From: a virus
Lineage: Duplodnaviria > Caudoviricetes
Length of the DNA stretch: 50,471 bases
Reading direction: 5' to 3' (one strand)
Virus record (IMG/VR): IMGVR_UViG_3300046747_000082
Span: 1 to 50,471 of that record
Shown: positions 45,475 through 50,471 of the stretch, one piece after another
How the letters are laid out: the number at the start of each line of letters is the position of its first letter
How positions within the stretch are numbered: position 1 is the first letter of the stretch
Translations under genes and position numbers: made by a program
The notes under the pieces: generated by a model
Database searches by the model: none
Seen by the model: the letters and a program-made list of their open reading frames with translations, nothing else
Told to the model about the DNA's origin: nothing

Positions 45475-45700
45475 CTTTTGACACTATTGTAATATATTTT
45501 ATTACTATTGATGTACTTTTTTTATAAATGATGTAGTTGTTGGGGAACTTTTTCATTTCTTTGTTGTCTGATATATCATATATGTGTAAATAATAGATAA
45601 TTATAAGGAAGAGAGGGAAGGATAGAATCAATCTATCATACCTTATAATTAATATAATTATTATTCTACTATAGCTATAGTACTACATTGAACTGATTGC
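45475..45700. other. AT-rich non-coding tract (candidate unwinding element / late promoter region)
   Basis: Visibly far more AT-rich than the rest of the genome; next to the iterons. Confidence 0.7.
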
Positions 45701-45763
45701 TCGCTTCCTCAGCTTGATTACTTCAGTTCCTCATGATTTAATATGCCGAGAACCCTCTAGAGA

Positions 45764-46678
45764 ATGGGCACTACATACATCCCAGAAGACGTTGGCAGCG
45801 GTTTCCACACAGAAACCATCCTGAACAACGAATTGACCAAGATCGCAGCCGACTTGGCGACTAAGGTAGACCGCAATGGTGTACTGCCAAACTCAATGGC
45901 TGCAGACTTCGACATGGGAAACCATCGTATCCTGAACCTTGCACAAGGAGTCTTGGGTAGCGATGCAGTAAACTTGTCGCAAGCACAGAACGTAGCTAAC
46001 GCTGCAGCTGCTGCCGTTGCTGGGGGTATCCCCGGTGGTGGTGGTGCAAGCAATAGCAACCCTCTAACTTTCAACTTTGGTGTAACAACCGGAGCTTCCG
46101 GTACAGTTGGACGTACTACGTTCGATCTGCAAGCTCTGTTTGGTGTTACGACCTTTACAGGTCTTACTGTAATCGTGAATGGTGTCGTACAGATGCCAGG
46201 TCTCGCGTATACAGTACCGACGTTGACTACGGTTGTATTCTCCGAGAGTCTCAATACTGACACGGACATTATGTTCATCTACGGTCAGTTGACTCCGACT
46301 CCGGTACTTCCGAACATTCTAGCGAATATCGAAGGGTACGACATTGCAGGATACTACAATAACCTACAAGTAGCATCTGATGTTTACTTCAAGTTCGTAG
46401 TTGTACGTGACTTCTATGTTCAGGCTAACTTTAGTGGCTCCTTGCTTCATGCAGGCGTAGCTGCAACTGCATCAGCTACATACAACATCCAGAAGAACGG
46501 ATCGAACATTGGGACGGTAGTTGTCGGTGCTGGCAGCCAAAGTGGTACATTCACCTTAGCTGGAGCTACCAACTTCGTAGCTGGTGATACAATGAGTATC
46601 ATCTGCCCGTCTTCACAGGACGCAAGTCTGTCAAACGTTTCGATCACTATCAAAAGCTTTATCGGAGCTCATCCTTAA
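45764..46678 (+). CDS. Tail fibre/adaptor protein
   Basis: N-terminal PNSMAADFDMGNHRILNL...DAV fibre motif; NGVVQ..Y repeat; C-terminal beta-sandwich. Confidence 0.75.
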   Translation: MGTTYIPEDVGSGFHTETILNNELTKIAADLATKVDRNGVLPNSMAADFDMGNHRILNLAQGVLGSDAVNLSQAQNVANAAAAAVAGGIPGGGGASNSNPLTFNFGVTTGASGTVGRTTFDLQALFGVTTFTGLTVIVNGVVQMPGLAYTVPTLTTVVFSESLNTDTDIMFIYGQLTPTPVLPNILANIEGYDIAGYYNNLQVASDVYFKFVVVRDFYVQANFSGSLLHAGVAATASATYNIQKNGSNIGTVVVGAGSQSGTFTLAGATNFVAGDTMSIICPSSQDASLSNVSITIKSFIGAHP

Positions 46679-46679
46679 G

Positions 46680-49403
46680 ATGGCACGTGTCTTCACAGCT
46701 CGACGTGGCGTAGCTACTAACCCACCGATCCAAGGGTACAGATACGGTACTTATCAGCCTATGGCTGGTGGTGGTACTAATCCAGGATCTTGGGGTACGT
46801 GGTACCCTGACGATGACATGCAGATCAACATGACCGGCACTAACGTCGGCTTGAGTAACTCTGGTGCATCTGGTGAGTGGGACGCAACCGGTCAGTGGTT
46901 TGCATCAGCTGTCAGTTCCTTCGGGAACAAGATCAACATGTTCAAGTACGACAGTACGACCCAGACTATGACTCTGCCCACTGTAGGTGCAGCGGGTCCG
47001 CCGAACAACTGGTCAAGCTTCAAGACAGACTGTGAGTTCCACCCGACTGAACAACTTCTGTTTGGATTCGGTGAAGTAGCTACTTACCTTGAGTCTTGCT
47101 ACTATACCGGCACTGGTAACATCTGGACGAAGCATGTTGGTAACTTCGATGCTCAACCTAACAACAACTGCTTCTGCGGTAGATGGAATAGGCAGGGTAC
47201 TCACCTTATGTCAGGACAGGCTAACTTAGGCGGTGGTCTACCATCATTCTACCTGTTCCTCAAGTCAGGGACAGGCTCTGGTGTAACCTTCACTAGGCAG
47301 ACTGGTGCATTCGATGTAGTCCCAGGTAGTACCGCGTCTGACTCTGGATATGATATATGCTATAATCCAGTGTATGATTATGTAGCGATGATTATCCGCA
47401 TGGGCACTGGTGAGGGTAAACTAACTGGATACTCGTACTCAGGTAATAGTTATACACAAAGAGTAGCGAACGCTTTTAGTCCTACCGGTCTCGTCATTGG
47501 CGCCTCTGGACAGAAGCGTATGTGTGCATGGTCGAAGGATGGATTGTACCTTTATGTCGGTAACAACTCGGCAGGTACAGCTCCGCAGCTTCGAGCATTC
47601 TCGTTTAATCCTGGTACTTTCGCTCTCACGCAGATGGATGTGACGGAAGCTGAATTGCTATGTGCAGATGCTGGTGCGATAGCGGTATCCCCGGATAATA
47701 AGTACTTGTTCGTACACGGTGGCGGTACAGGCGCTATCATCTTCAAGAGAGAGATATCTACTGGAGCGCTGACTCTTCAGAAATATTTGGCTACAAACCA
47801 AAAAGAGAACGATGCAGTCTCAGGCTCAGACAACATCTATGTGATGTCGTTTGGCAAGCAATTGTATACTCCATACGAGTCTAAGCACTTTGAACGATAC
47901 TCAGTAAACGGGATTAGAGGTAACCCTACAGCTATCTATCAGTTTAACGAAGTCTCTGGTAACATCATAGATACAGCTGGTGGTTCAGCAACTCTCAACA
48001 CCTTTATTGGTACACCTGTGTACGGTGCAGCAGGAAAGAGAAGTGCCGCCTCAGCTATCACATTCAGCGGGTCTCAGTTCGTATATCGAACTGGTCAGCT
48101 GACTGGCGCTACAGAAACTCGCGGTGCGGTATTCTGTGTAATTAAACCAAACGTAATAGCTGGATCGCAGCGTAACTTATTCTCACAAGGGAACAGTGCA
48201 GTAGCTGCTAACTTTGCAGAGATCTTCATTACTTCAGCTGGAGAACTCGGGTGGAGATCCTCAATAAGTGCTGGTAACACCGCAGAGAAAATCACTAGCG
48301 GCCTCGGACTTACGTCTGGCCAATGGTATAGCATCCTAGTTCGACAAGAGTGGAAAGGTGCAGGCTCCCCCCGATTCTGGATCAACGGAGTTGAATGGAG
48401 AGGCACTTTCACCACAGCTACAGCTGGTACTGGTCAGTTGTGGGATTGGTTCTCAGCATCCGCTGGATCTATGAATAGGAACGGATTTGGTGCTCGTGTA
48501 ACTACGACTAACACCAACTTCTTCAGTGGCGACCTAGATGACTTGCTCATCTTTGGAGCTCCAGGTCCAAGTAACAACGGTCTCCCTGATGACTTGTCCA
48601 TAAAGACTATGAACAAGTACGCCTTGGGTATTCCGTTGCCGGATACGTATTCGTCAGCTATGCAGTCATACTATCCGATTCACTACAATCGTTTGAATGA
48701 TCCATCTGTAGCTGTTATCTCGATGAGAGACGACTACCGAGGTCTACCCCCTACACCAGCTGGTGGTGGTGGTACATGGATCGGCGATAGCACAACTGTA
48801 TCCCCGACTCTTAGAGATACAGATGCTCCCCTCACAGGGCAGCAATCCTTCTCTATGTTGTTTAACGGAACAACTCAGATGTTGTGTCCGCTCACTGCAG
48901 ATTCTATTCCGAGTGCCGCTCGAACTGGATCGATGATTGCTTGGTTCAAAGGTATTCCCGGTACTGCTGGATTCATCTACGGATCATGGACTGATACACT
49001 CCAGCAAGGTATGGGTATCCGCGTTGATGCAACGGGATCAGTGACTTGGGTGCTCAGACGCTCAGGTGGAGCTGCTAACGAAATAACCATGCAGACTAAC
49101 AACACCTTCGGGAGTGGTTGGCACATGGTGTGTGTTACCTCTGATAACGTAAACAACAACATTGTCTATGTAGATGGGGTAGCTCAAGCTGTAACTACAA
49201 CTACGGCAGGAACAGCAACAGCAAAGGATTGGTGGAGCGATATTACCGCCGCTGGTACTTGGAGACCGACTATCGGTGCTCGACGTTCAGCTGCAAGCAC
49301 TATTGCTGATCCGTATGCTGGACGTGTTTCAGAATGTGCTATCACTAACAGAAACATGTTCGCATCCGAAGTTCTAGACCTTTATAATAAGAGAGCCGCG
49401 TAA
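46680..49403 (+). CDS. Receptor-binding protein: beta-propeller plus two LamG/ConA-like domains
   Basis: Propeller repeats (WSKDGLYLYV, VSPDNKYLFV); GQWYSI/GWHMV, INGV/VDGV, FSGDLDDL/YAGRVSE LamG motifs. Confidence 0.78.
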   Translation: MARVFTARRGVATNPPIQGYRYGTYQPMAGGGTNPGSWGTWYPDDDMQINMTGTNVGLSNSGASGEWDATGQWFASAVSSFGNKINMFKYDSTTQTMTLPTVGAAGPPNNWSSFKTDCEFHPTEQLLFGFGEVATYLESCYYTGTGNIWTKHVGNFDAQPNNNCFCGRWNRQGTHLMSGQANLGGGLPSFYLFLKSGTGSGVTFTRQTGAFDVVPGSTASDSGYDICYNPVYDYVAMIIRMGTGEGKLTGYSYSGNSYTQRVANAFSPTGLVIGASGQKRMCAWSKDGLYLYVGNNSAGTAPQLRAFSFNPGTFALTQMDVTEAELLCADAGAIAVSPDNKYLFVHGGGTGAIIFKREISTGALTLQKYLATNQKENDAVSGSDNIYVMSFGKQLYTPYESKHFERYSVNGIRGNPTAIYQFNEVSGNIIDTAGGSATLNTFIGTPVYGAAGKRSAASAITFSGSQFVYRTGQLTGATETRGAVFCVIKPNVIAGSQRNLFSQGNSAVAANFAEIFITSAGELGWRSSISAGNTAEKITSGLGLTSGQWYSILVRQEWKGAGSPRFWINGVEWRGTFTTATAGTGQLWDWFSASAGSMNRNGFGARVTTTNTNFFSGDLDDLLIFGAPGPSNNGLPDDLSIKTMNKYALGIPLPDTYSSAMQSYYPIHYNRLNDPSVAVISMRDDYRGLPPTPAGGGGTWIGDSTTVSPTLRDTDAPLTGQQSFSMLFNGTTQMLCPLTADSIPSAARTGSMIAWFKGIPGTAGFIYGSWTDTLQQGMGIRVDATGSVTWVLRRSGGAANEITMQTNNTFGSGWHMVCVTSDNVNNNIVYVDGVAQAVTTTTAGTATAKDWWSDITAAGTWRPTIGARRSAASTIADPYAGRVSECAITNRNMFASEVLDLYNKRAA

Positions 49404-49714
49404 TGACACCGGAAGAAAGAAAAGCAGCCGCTGACGCTATGCGGGCAGAAGTAGAAGCTGATCGAGCATCAAGGCCTGTAAAGGTAGAAGCTCCTCGGCC
49501 GATCACTTATGACAACGGCAAAGCAGCTGAACTACCAGTAACGAGAGTTACAGACCAAAATCGCCAAGGGGATGGTCCGCAGGGCACGCCAGTGCCGAGG
49601 ACTACAGGGATTATTGAAAGTGCAGTAAAGGACATCGAAGATCGTAAACAAAAAGATCTAGATGCTCTTAATGAAAGTAACCGAGCTCTCGGGCTCCCAG
49701 AGAAAAAGAAATAA
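49403..49714 (+). CDS. Hypothetical protein (103 aa)
   Basis: TAATG-coupled to the RBP gene. Confidence 0.65.
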   Translation: MTPEERKAAADAMRAEVEADRASRPVKVEAPRPITYDNGKAAELPVTRVTDQNRQGDGPQGTPVPRTTGIIESAVKDIEDRKQKDLDALNESNRALGLPEKKK

Positions 49715-49715
49715 C

Positions 49716-49958
49716 ATGGCATTCGTACGAAACGAAAAGTCTGGCGAACGTGGACAACTTGACACGGATATTCCGAACGTCGAGCGACACGGCCAGAACC
49801 GCCAAGGCAATGGCCCGAGCGGTGTTTCACTGGTTCCCAAAGGTGGTCTCTCCAGCTCGGAGAAGGGCACGTGGGATAACCTCAACAAGTACCGCAGTCT
49901 GATGGGCAAGCCTATCCTGCCGTACCGCAAAAGTGGCGGCGCAAAGCCGATTCAATAA
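49716..49958 (+). CDS. Hypothetical protein (80 aa, MAFVRNEK...)
   Basis: ATG 1 nt after the previous stop; shares QNRQGxGP with the upstream protein. Confidence 0.65.
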   Translation: MAFVRNEKSGERGQLDTDIPNVERHGQNRQGNGPSGVSLVPKGGLSSSEKGTWDNLNKYRSLMGKPILPYRKSGGAKPIQ

Positions 49959-50134
49959 TGGCTAGTAAAGCACATCCAGGATTCAAGGCAGTCCAGGCAC
50001 AGATCGCTAAGAAAGGCGGCTACTCTCAAAAAGCAGCCGGCGCTATTCTTGCTAATGCGTCCCGGAAAGCTTCTCCATCCGCTAAAAAGAAAAACCCACG
50101 ACTGAATAAAGTCGGTGGTGGTAGAGGTCGATAA
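49958..50134 (+). CDS. Small basic protein (58 aa, MASKAHPGFKAVQ...)
   Basis: Read manually; TAATG overlaps at both ends. Confidence 0.7.
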   Translation: MASKAHPGFKAVQAQIAKKGGYSQKAAGAILANASRKASPSAKKKNPRLNKVGGGRGR

Positions 50135-50471
50135 TGGCTGACGGATACCGCGTTCCCTCCGATGAGGAGATGGTGAAATATAACAAGGGCATGGAAGATT
50201 ACCGTGCGTCCGGTTATAAGTCAGAAAAGATTCCTCACGATCCTCGGATTGATTATAATACTCAACCGAAGAATGTAAGGGATGCAGTAGAAGAGAATCG
50301 GCGTCTCGTTTCTAAGATGACGCCAGAACAAATCGCTAACGCGAAGCCGGTAGGCCCAGCAGCTGCAGAAGCTAGTGCTGGCCGAAGGGCAGTGAGGGAT
50401 GTAGTGCAGAAAGCAGCTCCGTATGTCAGTGGAGCAGCAAAGGTTATCGGCTCAGTAGCGGATAAGCTTCT
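50134..50471 (+). CDS. Hypothetical protein (141 aa) spanning the circular junction, ending at TAA 223-225
   Basis: Frame stays open across the 126-bp overlap. Confidence 0.75.
   Translation, partial: MADGYRVPSDEEMVKYNKGMEDYRASGYKSEKIPHDPRIDYNTQPKNVRDAVEENRRLVSKMTPEQIANAKPVGPAAAEASAGRRAVRDVVQKAAPYVSGAAKVIGSVADKL
50346..50471 (+). repeat. Terminal assembly overlap, copy 2
   Basis: Identical to 12-137. Confidence 0.95.

Noticed and set aside
45341-45631. 96-aa minus-strand ORF over the AT-rich tract
   Set aside because: Composition reflects AT-rich DNA and it overlaps the iterons; likely spurious
1-50471. Phage RNA polymerase, integrase/repressor, purZ, Ro60
   Set aside because: No ORF shows the relevant motifs by eye; the 1502-aa protein fits an ejection protein and lacks recognisable RNAP motifs

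Overview
This window is an apparently complete lytic podovirus-type dsDNA phage genome of about 50.3 kb, circularly assembled with a 126-bp end overlap. It has two convergent arms meeting at a bidirectional terminator (~21660-21700). The + arm (45764 -> end -> 21617) encodes tail fibres, a chain of small coupled ORFs, terminase, portal, scaffold, major capsid, T7 gp11/gp12-like tail, internal virion proteins with a lytic transglycosylase domain, and holin. The - arm (~45100 -> 21716) encodes early hypothetical proteins, a metallophosphoesterase, a methyltransferase-like protein, T7-like primase-helicase, GH108 endolysin, family A DNA polymerase, exo/endonucleases, MazG, a DUF5664 dNTP diphosphohydrolase and an HNH protein. 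I see no RNA polymerase or integrase; the layout resembles VpV262/SIO1-like (Zobellviridae-like) phages (inference). The most unusual content is the early region (35.8-45.4 kb). It holds about 2.3 kb of highly structured, apparently non-coding RNA with at least five tRNA-like modules that lack a normal anticodon arm, two of them circularly permuted with a loop-closed acceptor stem (YrlA-like topology), and no Ro60 gene is visible. The region is punctuated by 8 perfect and ~6 variant copies of the palindrome TAGTCTAGACTA and ends in a promoter, phased TTACA boxes, nine 22-bp bipartite iterons and an AT-rich tract. All calls were made by eye; no searches or folding programs were run.
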